From Botryllus schlosseri (taxonomy: Eukaryota): 64,000 bases of DNA. The position numbers were made by a program, and so were the translations under genes. The DNA is taken from assembly GCA_051294905.1 (NCBI GenBank), contig CM119371.1:36024001-36088000 (forward strand). Reading direction: 5' to 3'. Under the pieces are notes generated by a model that was given only the letters and a program-made list of their open reading frames with translations, was not told where the DNA came from and made no database searches. How positions within the stretch are numbered: the first letter of the stretch is position 1; each line of letters begins with the position of its first letter. Positions 12,465 to 25,260 of the stretch are shown one piece after another.

Positions 12465-13004
12465 GGTTAACGGTTATAAACAATATGGCTTTAGCTGTCA
12501 TAACAATTTACCAACGGTATTCGAAATGTCATCCAAGCATATGTAAGGTGAATTTCAATAACAACGATTACTTTTGCATCATAATAACCATTTTGAACCA
12601 AACCTATTACAAAACTGATCGATTGTTGACTTATGCTTCTAATATGCTACGGATTCTAATCCATAGAAATTAACGAAGCCTCGCTCAGCACGAAGTTGTC
12701 TGTGCTTACTTTTATACTGCTTGTTCCCGACCCTCCGATCGCTGGATTATGCTAGTCGGACGAAAATGGAATAGTTACATGTTAAATCACCATTCACTCT
12801 GCTTCTACAATAAGGAATAAACGAAGTCATTGGAAACAGAGTTCGTGAAACGAATTTACCGGTATAAAAATCATGGAACTACAAATTCCCTTGCAGAATG
12901 TTGTGTATATTTCCATCTAAATACCTTGCACTGCAACATCAATATTAAAGTCATTGTGACTGTGGATTGAGGAATGATACCCATGACACACATTCTTGCG
13001 TCCG

Positions 13005-13520
13005 TAAACCCATAACCTGCCTAGCTCACCTGCTTAGTTCTGCACTGCGAAAGACATGAATCACGAATTTTATAAGGTAATCATTGATTACTATATTTGA
13101 TATCAAACAAAGTTGTAACTTTTACCAATTGCGTGCATGGAGCCATTGTTGACATCTAGCAAACAGTAACTTTAGAATGGTTGACTTAACCACCATAGTA
13201 AAACGCTAGAAATCATACAAATACGATTGTCCACATACGATGTTCTTTTGAATTCTCTATTAGTTGCTGACGATTACCCCCGACGCGTGTCAGCCGAAAA
13301 TATTCGGGTTCATGTCATTATGAACATACTATTCAACTGTATATTGAAGTTCTGTACCTTCATGAAGCTGTTCAAATCTAATAGTAGAGTTATATTATTT
13401 ATTTGTGGTGACTTCATAGACTAATTGATGACATCCTAATAAAATCATATTTTCACTGCACATCATCAGTCATTACCGTGTACTGTAGTAAGGCCAGAAT
13501 AGTGTCAACAATGCAACGAA
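13005..13520. other. Conserved upstream non-coding block of the Kelch unit
   Basis: cccataa...gttctgcact...actatatttga(t/g)atcaaacaa...gttgacatct also at about 40840-41280, 51485-52020 and, reverse-complemented, 27880-28290. Confidence 0.7.
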
Positions 13521-13794
13521 AGTCCCACTTTCAAATCTTGTCGAAATATCTATGTCGTTGCCATATCACGTTGACATCAGAATATGAATGAATTGTAAGA
13601 AGTGAAAAAGTGTATTTATTAGCTTAAAAATTTGGACATAAATATTAACGGAATGATCATAACTCAATAACTTGTTATTATTTGCAATAAACATCAATGT
13701 TTTTGCTTTAACGCTGTACAGGGGTAATCGCAATTACTGACCAAATAGTATTATAACACCAAATATGACGTCCCAGTCGCAGAAATTCCAATAA

Positions 13795-15235
13795 CAGTGG
13801 TCAACAAAATGAAGAAAAAAAATTGGTGGAACATCTAGGAGCCGTTTCTGGGGTTTTCAAGGTCGCTGATTACGAATATCACAATATTTTCGCCAGATAG
13901 ACTCTAGAAAAGAAGATACTTACACCACTAAAAAAGCTTAAAATCGCTGTATTTACCCTTGAATATTTCACTTGGTAGGAAGTAAATCTTAGATTTTTTT
14001 TACTTTTACACTGCGCATAAATAGTTAATTGGCTATGATGAACACTCATGTCGTTCTCATTTATTCCATCAATTTCAACATGACCTGATGCGAGACCTTT
14101 GTTTGTTCAAAACGTAGTTTGTCAAGCCAAAAAATTGTACTTTTTAACAATGGAAATATATTTTCTCCTGTGCCAGTTGGTCATTTTACCAAGATAAAAG
14201 AGGAGTATAAATTAATCAACTTTGCCCCTGGAAAGCTTAACTAATATACTCATATGCGTCTCATCACGTTTCTCTCGTAAATGGATAATTTTCCGTAAAG
14301 CCTACGAAGTGGATATACCTAGTATCCATTTCGAACAAGAAGCTTAAATCTGCAATCTGGATCTCAGATTCGAATAGGATCTAAGGATTACAATTTCATA
14401 TTAAGAAAGGGGCTCAGACTGCTCACTGTATGGAATTCCTTAAAGGATGTAGTAAATAAAACGTTTTAGAAGATCACAAAGCACCAAACTACAAACAGTT
14501 GGTCCGAGAATTGGTATCTGCATATGGAAACCTTGGACCAAACATGAGCATTAAATCTCACTTCCTGTTCAGTCATCTTGATATATTTTCTGATGATATT
14601 GTTGATTAGAGGGAATAGAAATGGAAAAGGTTCCACCTATACAGCAAAACAACAACAGAAAGATATCAGTGCAGATGCGACGAACATAGAATGGCAGACT
14701 AGTGCTGAAACCTTTCGAAAAACTGCACTAAATTGCTTACAACCGAAAATAGTACAAGAACCAATTTTGCTTTAAGATAAGGTATTATTATTATATTCCA
14801 ACTAATTATTTGGAATTTAAAATATGTGGTTGACATAAACTGATTTAATTAATGCAACGCTATTTTAGTATTTAGGGAAATACTTATATACACGATTAAG
14901 GTTTATTTATGTGCATGATATCCGTGAAAGCCTCCAATTATGATAAATCTATTACCCCGAAATATAATTCTGTTGAAGTATTTTGATTTAAAACAGTCTT
15001 CAGCGTGTCAAAATAACAAATAGATTGAATTTCTGAACTTTATAGTACGACTGAGCCGATTTTTTATGCAGACCATATATAGCGAAAATATGTGATTTTG
15101 GTCAAAACAGCCCCATGGATTATCTCCAAAAATAGAGTCAATTTGAAAAAACGAGGTCATATTCGGAATCAGTGCCCTTCCAAAACCCCAAAACCACTCT
15201 TACTTTGTCTGCCTAAAAGTATGTGTTGCCCAGTG
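13795..15235 (+). mobile_element. Chapaev3-like (CMC) DNA transposon, internally deleted
   Basis: Termini ca(c/g)tggtcaac...gttgcccagtg flanked by TAA/TAA; about 14465-14600 translates to DHKAPNYKQLVRELVSAYGNLGPNMSIKSHFLFSHLDIF, a motif I associate with Chapaev3 transposases. Confidence 0.75.
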
Positions 15236-15972
15236 TAATCAATGTAAATAAATATATGGATAAATAAACCATAGACATCGTAATGATCGGTGTCACGCTT
15301 GTACCGAATGAGGTGTCGCAGTCGTAGTTTGCCAACATTTCCCATATTATTCGCATTATAAGAAAATGATTTAATGTTGGTGCGGCGAAAAGTGTCGGCC
15401 GCAATTTCATCAGATATTGATTAATTCTGCGTTTCAAGTATATTTTACCAATAGACGATATGCGAAAAATATTCATTAGAATGTATTCGTTTTGTGTGAG
15501 AATTTATTTTGATGTGCAGTTGATTTGGTATTCTATAATTATGTATTATATGTTTATTGTGGTGGATTTTCTTTGTATTATTCGGCGAAAATTTGGGGTT
15601 CCGGGAAGGCTGGCAGATCAGCGTATGTGTTCCGCTGGTAAGGTTAAAATCCCGTTCTACACTGTGAAGTCGTTCATGGTGATGTTATTGAACCACTGCC
15701 ATTGACCAACGAGCCGATACCGTAGTTGGATTACATGATATTCAAATTAAGGCTTCATTTTTCCATCACCGGCATAATAAAATATCATCATCCCCATACC
15801 CATGTAAATGGACACGATTTGGTTATCGAAAACGAAATAACTGTATAACACCCGCCAGCATGCGTAATACGGGAATCGATATCTCTCTAGAGTTGAGTCA
15901 TATCAATACGATACGATCTATTATATAAGCCGGTTCCATCGAATATAACATATGTAAAATGAAGGTAAGCAA

Positions 15973-17563
15973 CAGAGGTGGTCAGTAACGAAGTACTTCT
16001 ACTTTTTCGAAGTACTCAAGTAGTTTTCTTTTACTTCTGGTAGTTACTCAAGTAGACCTGATTTTCTACTTGATCTTCTACTTCTACTTCGTAATATTTT
16101 GTGATCTACTTACTTACTTTTCGCTATTTTCAGTTTGTCAAGTTGAAGTAGTTCAATTTTCCAATCAGGAAGATAGCCTGAGGATTTTTGTAGCTGTTTT
16201 CACGGCGCATCAACATTTAATTTTCGTCATCAGAATTTTCGTCGCACTTAGCGTGCAGTGCTAGATACGGAGTAACCAATATGATTTCACGAAATATCGG
16301 TGAATATAATTTAGATAGAAGGTTGGCGTGGTTCCGTTCAGACCACATTGTCGCCCCTCGTCCATATCAAATAATTCATCACAGTATATAACGTTTGAAA
16401 CTGATGTTTCGCAATCTAGCATTTACTTGTCATATCGTAATCCAGCATGACCATGGCATGTCCAAACCTGGAAAAGTGGACTCTGACTCTTTTTAGTTTA
16501 ATAGCTGTTTTATCATACCACCTTTGAAACTTTCTGGACTAAAAACATGAAATACATGTTCTGCTTTTAGAAGTAGTATTTATATTTCACTTTCAATTCC
16601 CAATATCATATACTTTGAGATATAATTATTATCAGTTCTTTTGTCTGGATATGTTGAAGTATAAAAGCAAGTGTAGCAATGCCTTTAATTTCCGGGAATA
16701 AAGCTACACAATATGACATTTTTACGGCCCACCATATTTTTATTAACGTTTACTAATCGCGCAAAGTGTTTACACCGTATCCTATACAACTTCTCCGTAT
16801 TGCTCTTCGACTAAACTACGACCCTTATAATATGGGGAATGGCGCCATACCATGCTGTTTTCTAAAACGTGCTGTTCGAGAAAACATAGGATTAGCATCG
16901 CATTTCCATATCAATACTATCATTTTCATCCCATGATGTGGACGAATGCTTATGCTAGCGAAAATTGGATACCTGCTGGTATGCATCAATATGAATCAAG
17001 CTCGTCACCTATCGCATAGCTCAATTTGCACATTTTTACAGTCCATGTGAACGAATTAGGATCGTTTTTATAACTACTTACTTACTTGAGTACTTTTAAA
17101 GTCAGTCAATTCTACTTCTACTTCAAGTAGTTTTAGGTTGCTTATGGAAGAAGTACTTCTACTCGTACTTGAGTAAATTTTTTCGTCGCTACTTCTACTT
17201 CTAATTCTACTTGATCATATTCACTTGGCAGATCTCATTTTCATGTACGTTTATTAAACTTGATTTCGTCAGCTGCTGAGCGTGACACACGCTCAGCAGC
17301 TGACGAAATCAAGTTTAATAAACGTACATGAAAATGAGATCTGCCAAGTGAATATGATAAAGTAGAATTAGAAGTAGAAGTAGCAGCAGAGATTTACAAG
17401 TAGGTAAGTAAGTACTCTCGGCTTAGTTTTGCGTAAAACCTGAAGCTGTCGAGTAGAAGTCGAATTAGTGTAGGATATTAATTGCTTTGAGAAAGTAGAC
17501 GAGTCGGCAAAATCTACTTCAAATACGTCGAAAGTAGAAGTAATTCATTCCTGACCACCTCTG
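15973..17563. mobile_element. AGTAGAAGTA MITE, rearranged, containing a long hairpin
   Basis: cagaggtggtcag (15973) ... ctgaccacctctg (17563); tacttctac/gtagaagta arrays. Confidence 0.7.
17188..17384. repeat. Near-perfect hairpin: 97-bp arms, 3-nt loop
   Basis: 17188-17284 is the reverse complement of 17288-17384 with one visible mismatch; loop aca. Confidence 0.95.
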
Positions 17564-18308
17564 ATCACAATGCTTACGAAGATACTTATGATAAGGAATC
17601 TCTAGATCATGTTTATCTGGGCTCCTCATCGCCGATCCCGCTGTAATGCAGCGCATTGAAAAGCTCAGACGAAGAGAGAGCCGAACTCTTGAAAGATGGC
17701 AGCTAAAGATCGCGTTCAAGGAGCAAAAGCACAAAGACATCTGACATTTATGAAATTCATGTTCTGGGCGCAAATGACTATAATAGCGATAAGCGCCAAT
17801 GATGTAATAAAAACAAACAAACAAACAATAAAGACAAAATAAATTCGGAGGATGTTCAACTGGTATCGTTTTCCTTGTAGTTCCAAAAATATTCTGCTCA
17901 TATTCGCTCACATTCAGCGTTCTGCTCGTATGCAGCGGTAAGATAGATCCTATCGTCAATGCCAGAAATAGAGAATTGATGAGTTGGTTAGCATATCCAA
18001 TGTAAATAAAAACCAGAATTTAAAAGAAATATGGTCCTTTCTAGGATTAGTCGGCTTCTATATAGGATTACTATAGCTGGCACGGCTTTGGCGGTGATAA
18101 TAGCATTCCGGGGAAAAAGAATTAGCTGATACGAATGTACAGTAATGGGAATGTTGCCTTGTCGGGCAATGGCCGATACACCGCCAAGACCGAGTGGCGT
18201 AGAAAACACATCGTGGCTTCTCCACAATATCAAGCTTTACGAGGAGATAGTTTCCCAGCAATTATCGAGTCTAGTTAACCCAAATATCGATTCTGCCTTG
18301 CCCTAGAC

Positions 18309-18486
18309 CAGTGGTTCTTAACCTTGTCTCCAGCGCCCCCCAGGGGTCGATTTGTATTTTGAAGGGGGAGGAAACGCTGAGGGGGCGAAATGGGGGGGGG
18401 CGTTTTGATCAGGGGGCTGTATGGGTGGGCTGAAAAAATATTGCCTCACAGTAGATGGTGTAGTAAGGACATATGATTATATAGTG
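18309..18486. mobile_element. Left part of a hAT MITE split by the inversion
   Basis: Starts cagtggttcttaacctt, preceded by ccctagac; the matching terminus at 32065 is preceded by gtctaggg (reverse complement of ccctagac). Confidence 0.8.
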
Positions 18487-20166
18487 CAGTGGTTCCCAAC
18501 CGGTGTGCCGCGGCACACTAGTGTGCCAATTGGACTGCTCAGGTGTGCCGCGAGCAAATGCGGTAAACTGGGTCGAAGTATAACAAAAATCTAAACTTTG
18601 AGTGTGTCATTGTTGGATTTTCTATTGAATTCACTATATCAAGACACGCGATGTACAATCCGATGCAGTGAACAGATACAAGGATATCGCGACGGCCATA
18701 GTAACGTTATCTCAATCAGGCATCCCATCAGGTCATGGATTGGGTCTTTTTCTGGCTTTTTATTGTAAAGACGCTCTGAGCACAGCAACGTATAGGGTCG
18801 GAGAATATCATAAATCTGCGACGCTTCGTAACTTGCTACTGCACTGCCGTGAATGAAACTGGGGTCTCCACCGTCAATGGGTGTGATACGCTAGTTTGCC
18901 CACATATAGTAGCATTTAGGACGGTGATAGATAGATAACTAGACTCGGGCTATTAGACCGTGATGCTGAGGTGTGGCCGAAGGTGACCTTTTACTTGTCA
19001 CCCCATCACAACCGGAGGCAGAACAGGGACGTGACGTAGTTGATGACCTTTTTCTGTTTTTATTTGTAGTCGTATTCTTGCCATGTCTTCGTTATCGATG
19101 ATAATTTTATACCATGCCGATATAACATATTTTGATTCCTGAGATGCCAACTTATAGCACGGTCCACTTTTTGTAAGATACTGCTTTTGCAGATCCGAAG
19201 ACGAGTAGGAGCCAATATAAACCTCCAACACCTAGGAAGGCATTCCCACCATCGAGAAATGTATAGGCTACTCATTTGGAAGTGATGTTCACGTTTACAA
19301 ATTAGAATTGCCGACAGAACCATTCACATTGCGATTGTTAGGTAGCGTGCCAGCATTGCAGGTAAAATCTAGGCTCAGGGCGCAACGTAATGTTGCAGGC
19401 GACAAATTTGAGAATTGAGAAGTAATGTTGATCAAATTATATCAGTTAACAAATTTCACCGGTCCTGAGGTTTATCATCCCGGTTTGTTGGAACTGCAAT
19501 TGAACAGCAGCTGGCTGCCAGTACGACTCTTGACTGAGGTATTGCTATCCTCTCAGAAGCTATTACACGATCTGCATGGAAACGCGTTTGGCTTCCAAGT
19601 ATAGACACCTCTATACGCGTCTGTATTTGTTGACGATCGCGATCGGACTCTTCCATGCGACGGTTAATTACATCGGCAACGAGGTAGTGTGCAGACTTTG
19701 TTGTCAAGCCAATCTTATGAAATTAACCTCAGCCTGAAGTTTGAACGAGATCTCAGCAAGCAAGTTATGTGGCAACAGAGGTAATGGTTGATAATTCAAA
19801 ACCTCACACGGACTGAGAGAAAGTCCGTATTCCTGCCTGCAATAAAATTGTAAAAAAAAAGAATTGAAAACGATCCCCATGTCAAATTATACCATTCGTA
19901 GACGTATTTGTGAAATGTCCACAGAGATAAAAGAAAACTTAATTTCTTCTTTGAAGCAGCGAAAAGCCTACTTGAGAGCACCGAAAAGGCAGAAGTTGGC
20001 TACTTCCTCAGTGACCACCTATATAAGACTGTGGTTGCTGCTAACGCATTCTGGTAGTTTGCTTTTGCCGTAAGCCAAAAGAGTTCAAAACCACTGTGCT
20101 AGTGTGCCGCGAAATCTTTTTCATTTTCAAAGTGTGCCGCAAGGTCAAAAAGGTTGGGAACCACTG
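18487..20166 (+). mobile_element. hAT Charlie-like non-autonomous element, copy A (1680 bp)
   Basis: cagtggttcccaacc...ggttgggaaccactg; gtgtgccgc subterminal motifs; short Buster-like peptide KTIPMSNYTIRRRICEMSTEIKENL; near-identical inverted copy at 33033-33944. Confidence 0.9.
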
Positions 20167-21178
20167 GGTTAAAGTAACACTGGTCTAATGGTCTGATAAA
20201 AATATGCCTTCGCTCTGCAGCTACGTAACGACCCGGGGATAAAGGTATATTTGCGGGTCGCGTGCTAATATTTATTATTCAATAAAAAAAGTTGTTCCCA
20301 TTGAAATAGATTTAGGGTACGACTTAAATCCTAATATCATGTACGCCATCAATCATATCGCCTAGGCTTGGAGCAGTGGTTTCCAACCTTTTTTGTTGTC
20401 GGAGCCGCATTTCAAATTTCATAGTACGTGTAGAGCCGATCGAATACACTCCTTAGGTATAACAAAACTTTTAAAGCATGAAAGTACGTACCAACGAATA
20501 TAGCAACATTAACATTAGAAAAATACACAAATTAATTTAATGTCCAACTTGGCATTGGCTTTGAGCTTCAAGAAGTGTGTCAAAGCGATGCGTAATTGCA
20601 GAGATGTACGCAGTAGCTGCCTGAGCTGGTCATCGGCCAATCAATTGCGATATTGATTTTCGATTCTGACCATTTGGCTGAAAAGTGCTTCACATGCATA
20701 AAAGTTTATCTAAATAGAGAATCGTTTTTCTGGTCATTGGTTATCAAGTTAAGATACTTTCCCTCTGAAACTTGGCTCCAATATTCAAGTAAGTCTTCAG
20801 TTTTAAATGATTTCTTGAGCTCGATATCCCACTGAATGTATAGCAACTCAAGTTGATAATTTCTAGGGGCAGTGGACACATTAACTACAATAGGATTTGA
20901 ACACCTTTTCATCGTGGGTGAAAAGCATTCATACCGTCAACGCGGCGATTGAACTCATCAGTAAAGGTACTAATAAGCCTGTTGTGTGCATCAAATGATC
21001 CATTGGTTTGATGGTCAGATACTGTTGGGAAATGTCTTGTAACACCACTTGCACTTAATTCTGGTGGTGAGCTGACCGAAATTTGAATGCCAATATGAAC
21101 CCATATGAGTGTGAGTATACTTTTTGGCATGAGTTGAGTAACGAGATCGTCGCTGAGTAAAGAATCGCTACTCGGAAG

Positions 21179-22601
21179 CAGAGTTGGATCAATTACATTA
21201 TTTCAGTTCGATTACAATTACAATTACAATTACTTTCATGCATGTCTCAATTACATTACAATTAAAATTTCTCCATGCTAAATATATCAAATTACAATTA
21301 CAATTACAATTACTCCTTGCATGCTTCAATTACATGTAATTGAATATTCATAAATTCAACCGTGCTCCTTGACAACCGTAGCGTCGTAATTAACAACAAT
21401 TCAAGTATTCATGTTTCATTCATGATACGCAAATACCCGTTAATTAATAAAAAGAAAAAACGTTTTCGAACTATTCCAGTATGCAGTATGTCGTTGAAAA
21501 AAGTATTATAATATATGCACGTGTTGGATTTGCGTATATAGTATATAATTAAAAAAATTATATTATTTTTATCGAGGGACGTAGGAATTAGGATGAGGAG
21601 TAAAATCAAAACCGTTCTTTGTCAGATAAGACGTTATATAATATCCAGTGGTCTGGTTAGTTAGCCAGACGATGTAACGATGCAGCATCGTGATCTGAAA
21701 TCGTATTGTAGATTGCCAACCCACGGATAGATGCGCAAGATGTGAGTCACGGATGAAGGCACCGACAAACGTACTGCAGAGCCGGCTAAAAGCAGCAAAC
21801 TTTGTAGTCCTAGAGAGCTGGCGATCTAAGCGTCCAAATTTCATGCATTTGGTCTTTATCGTAAGCTATTGATGCACTAATTCCGAAAATACAAATTAAA
21901 ATCTCGTCAGGGCAATGTAACTGCTCCAAAATAGCCGTTTAAGGCCGACTGTTCTGAAAAGTGAGAACGCCGCAGCAGCATGACCACAACAATGACCAAT
22001 TACGCCCAGCGATTGCTCAGAACAATGCCGATTCCCAGACTTTCCACGACTATTTTGGGATGGTACCATTGCCTGGAAATATACTTTTATTGCGGAATCA
22101 GTGCGACACTAGCTTTCGATTACGACCATACATATCAAATTTCGACGCTTGGATCGCCAGCTATGGGACTATCAATTCTGCTGCTTTTAGCCGGCTCAGC
22201 AGTTCGCTTCTCGGCGTATTCAATCGTGAGTCACGTGTTGCGAATCCATCCGTTGGTTAGTTAATTGTATACAATGGCAGCCGAGGCCAGCATAGCGGTC
22301 AAAATGAAAAACTTCGCCCGCAAGGGCGCAGTCAAGGGCTTCCGCGAATGGACCCACCAAATTCCTTGTCGACATTTAAAGAGAATGCATTATAAGTCAA
22401 TTATTTTATGTTGTGCCTGTCAGGTCTCAATAGCAATTTATTGAAATAAAATTGTAATTGAGCAAAATTTTTGTCAACTTACAATTACAATTACAATTAC
22501 ACAAAATAAAATTGCTTCAATTACAATTACATTACAATTACATTGAAAAATGTAATTAATTACATTCAGCTCAATTACAAATTACAATTGATCCAACTCT
22601 G
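21179..22601. mobile_element. hAT MITE with CAATTA subterminal arrays
   Basis: TIR cagagttggatcaatt / aattgatccaactctg; TSD ctcggaag/ctcggcag. Confidence 0.85.
21715..22260. mobile_element. Imperfect palindromic element nested in the CAATTA MITE
   Basis: agccggctaaaagcagc (about 21780) vs gctgcttttagccggct (about 22180) with inverted flanks; related pieces at about 52250-52600 and 62010-62075. Confidence 0.6.
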
Positions 22602-24019
22602 CTCGGCAGCATATGAATTGGTCTCCATCTCTAATTATAAACCCCAGACTCAAAGCTATGCAAGGGTAAGATTTTAATATGAATTTCATCTTTTTGTTAT
22701 AAACTGATTTTTTAATATTGTTACGGGACTTTCAAACGTCAATGGGAGCCGCAAGAAGGGTAGCTGGGAGCCGCATGTGGCTCTCAGAACCGCGGTTGGA
22801 AATCACTGACTTAGAGTGTTTGTTGTGCATTTCAGAGTGTCATCACCATACTGCAGAATATTGGGGAAGTTATTATCGGCAACGCAGAGGTATACCGGGT
22901 GCTCCTATTATTTCACCATCTGGCTCTTATTCGTGGTTTCTAAATGATACGATTGCAATCGACTTCTATGTGCCCTGCATAGTTGGTGTTGACCTCTCAT
23001 ATTGGTGGAATGAGGGAATATGAGGGTATATTAGGGTGAAATGTGAATCCCGAATTTTGGATCAACCAGCTCAGCTTATGCAAAACTCCATCACATTTCA
23101 AAACGAAAATGATTCCCATAAAATGAAGATATCGGAAGGAGTAGAAACGACCAGTAGTAGTCTTTCTAGAGAGCATCTATCTCAGCCTGAAACATTGCTT
23201 TTTAACGTCTAATAACATGGGGACCACAACCCAAAATTCAATAACCGAATTTTTCGCTGATTCCCAAAACAGAAATATGCTAATAAATTTTCACTGCATG
23301 TGGTACACCTGGTTTGGTGTTTCGCACCTGAAAAGGGTAGCCTACATTAACCACAAGTTAAGAACTCCTGCCTCAAAATGGTTATGATTCTTGTGACCGG
23401 AAAGTTTTATAAAACGTTCCGCTTGGAACGTGAACATATTACTGTATAATGCAAGTCGCAAACTACTTCCGTTGGTGCCTTCCTGTCTGTGCGCATATGT
23501 CCGGACAATGTATTACCGGTGATATTAATCTTAATATGCCTGGTGTCATTGAAAAGAGAGCAATCATAAATATGTTACCATAGATCGAATCTCCTATCAT
23601 ATTTTATAATATCTTCTTCAATATATTTTTATTTTGATACAGTGTTAGATTTCACCAGGAGACCTTGTTCGCCAGAGTTGCTCAGGATAGAATTCGCCAT
23701 CAAGGGACTCAAACATACTTTCCAGTTTCATTACAAATGACTAAATTTGCAATTGCGCGGTAGCATACGGTCATGTTGTTTTTTTCAAGCCTGTTTCCTT
23801 GTTGAGCACTTAGCGGTAACGGAGGCATGTCATGTTTATCAGAAGCGTAGGAGTGTGATATAGATCAAGCATAATTTATGAAAATTCATGTAATTTCATA
23901 AAAAACCAACAGTCTAGAAACTTCCAAGGTTCGTTCGAGAATAAACGAACTTCTGAAATATCGAGGCCCGCACGACGGACATACGAACGTGAACATAACA
24001 TTTGGAACAACCAGTGACG

Positions 24020-24810
24020 AGCAAGATACGGCCCGCGAAGGGATTTGATCGGCCCGCAGAGAGTTCTTCACACTGAAAGGAAAATTATATTCTGGAAGTA
24101 TTGACAAATTTTATTCGTCGCAGAATGAATCCAAGTTTACCAACCTGAGAAAGATAGACATTAAAATTACCCTGTTCGGTTCTACATACATTTTCGACCA
24201 TGAGCTATAACGAAACAAGACTGTGTTCCAATTTAACTGTTGTTTGTGGCTTTAGTGGTGTTTGTCGACTACAATGGTCTAACACCAGGCCAATTTTTGT
24301 TCATTTTCATTCCGTAGATGCCGACTTGTAGCACGGCCCACTTCTAGGCTCTTAATAAGACACCGCTTACACGGATGAGATAACGAGGAGGATCCTAGAT
24401 AAACCTCTAACGCTGGGGTAGGAATTCTCGAATCGAACACGCTCGGACTCGAACCCTCAGCCCATTGGTGTTGCAGCTGTGGATTATACCACTGCGCTAT
24501 CTCGCCACCATTCACGTGCAATATTTACCAAGGGTTGCTACCCCTATGACATGTAGCCAGAGTTCAAAGAACTTATTGACAACTTTGACCGACCACAGAT
24601 GTCTGATTTGCTTCAACAGCTACTGTTAATAAATTCTTTAAATTATGTTTTAGTCTCTGTGCTTCAAACGTAAAATTTACATTAAATACGATTGTTTCCT
24701 TGTTTGGTGGATAAATACGCGATTATTGTATACATTCTGTAATCCGGCCCACCAATTACTTCATTTACCGAAATCCCGTCCGCCGACCAGGAGAAGTTGC
24801 CCGCTCCTGC
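24020..24810. mobile_element. hAT Charlie-like MITE (CGGCCCG motifs) containing a SINE
   Basis: cggcccgc motifs, transposase-like fragment near 24140-24200, end gagaagttgcccgctcctg; related copy at about 54555-54998. Confidence 0.6.
24240..24510 (-). mobile_element. tRNA-derived SINE
   Basis: Minus-strand head ggtggcgagatagcgcagtggta...ggttcgagtcc (A/B-box like); body and tail shared with 58540-58745, 60295-60545 and part of 19100-19260. Confidence 0.7.
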
Positions 24811-24967
24811 TTCTGTTTATTGTTTGATAGCAACAGAGGATTAGCCAGATTATCACCTGGACCAGGGGCGAGCGACTTCTGCAGTCGGCGGGCCGGATAT
24901 GGGAAAATGAAGTACTTGGCGGGCCGGATTCCTAAATCGACACATAAAACGCGTATTTATCCATCTA

Positions 24968-25260
24968 TAGGGGAAGCGAGTGGCGCAGTTGGTCACGACA
25001 CCAATGGGAGTGGTTCGAATCCCGGTTTGGACCAACTTTAGCGTGTCGGAGGTTATACGGGCTCCTCAATGCCGACCTCATTGCTGTTGCAGTGACTTTA
25101 AAAGTCGGCAGCAAAGGAACGAAGATGAAGCGAGCGTGGCGGCTGCATGAGAGAGTGGTAGAACATTAAAGACCCGAAAAATGCCATTCATTGTACTATG
25201 CGAAAACGTGTAAAGCCTTAAACTGGCTAAAAGCACCACTGTTGTGTCTAATAATAATAA
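24968..25260 (+). mobile_element. tRNA-derived SINE (second subfamily) with (TAA)n tail
   Basis: gtggcgcagttggt (A box), ggttcgaatccc (B box), ends taataataataa. Confidence 0.6.

Larger units (their letters stand above)
20374..22808 (-). mobile_element. Degenerate hAT (Buster-like) element with transposase remnant and nested insertions
   Basis: cagtggtttccaacc...ggttggaaatcactg; TSD gcttggag/acttagag (paralogous empty site gcttagag near 7398-7405); remnant ELLYIQWDIELKKSF...EYWSQVSEGKYLNL at about 20600-20900. Confidence 0.8.

Noticed and set aside
18668..20073. Identical short ORFs at 18668/33575, 19796/33218 and 19864/33126 as duplicated genes
   Set aside because: They arise from the two copies of one non-autonomous element.
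24968..25030. Functional tRNA genes at SINE heads (also 24440-24510)
   Set aside because: A/B boxes are present but there is no complete cloverleaf, and they continue into SINE-like bodies and tails.
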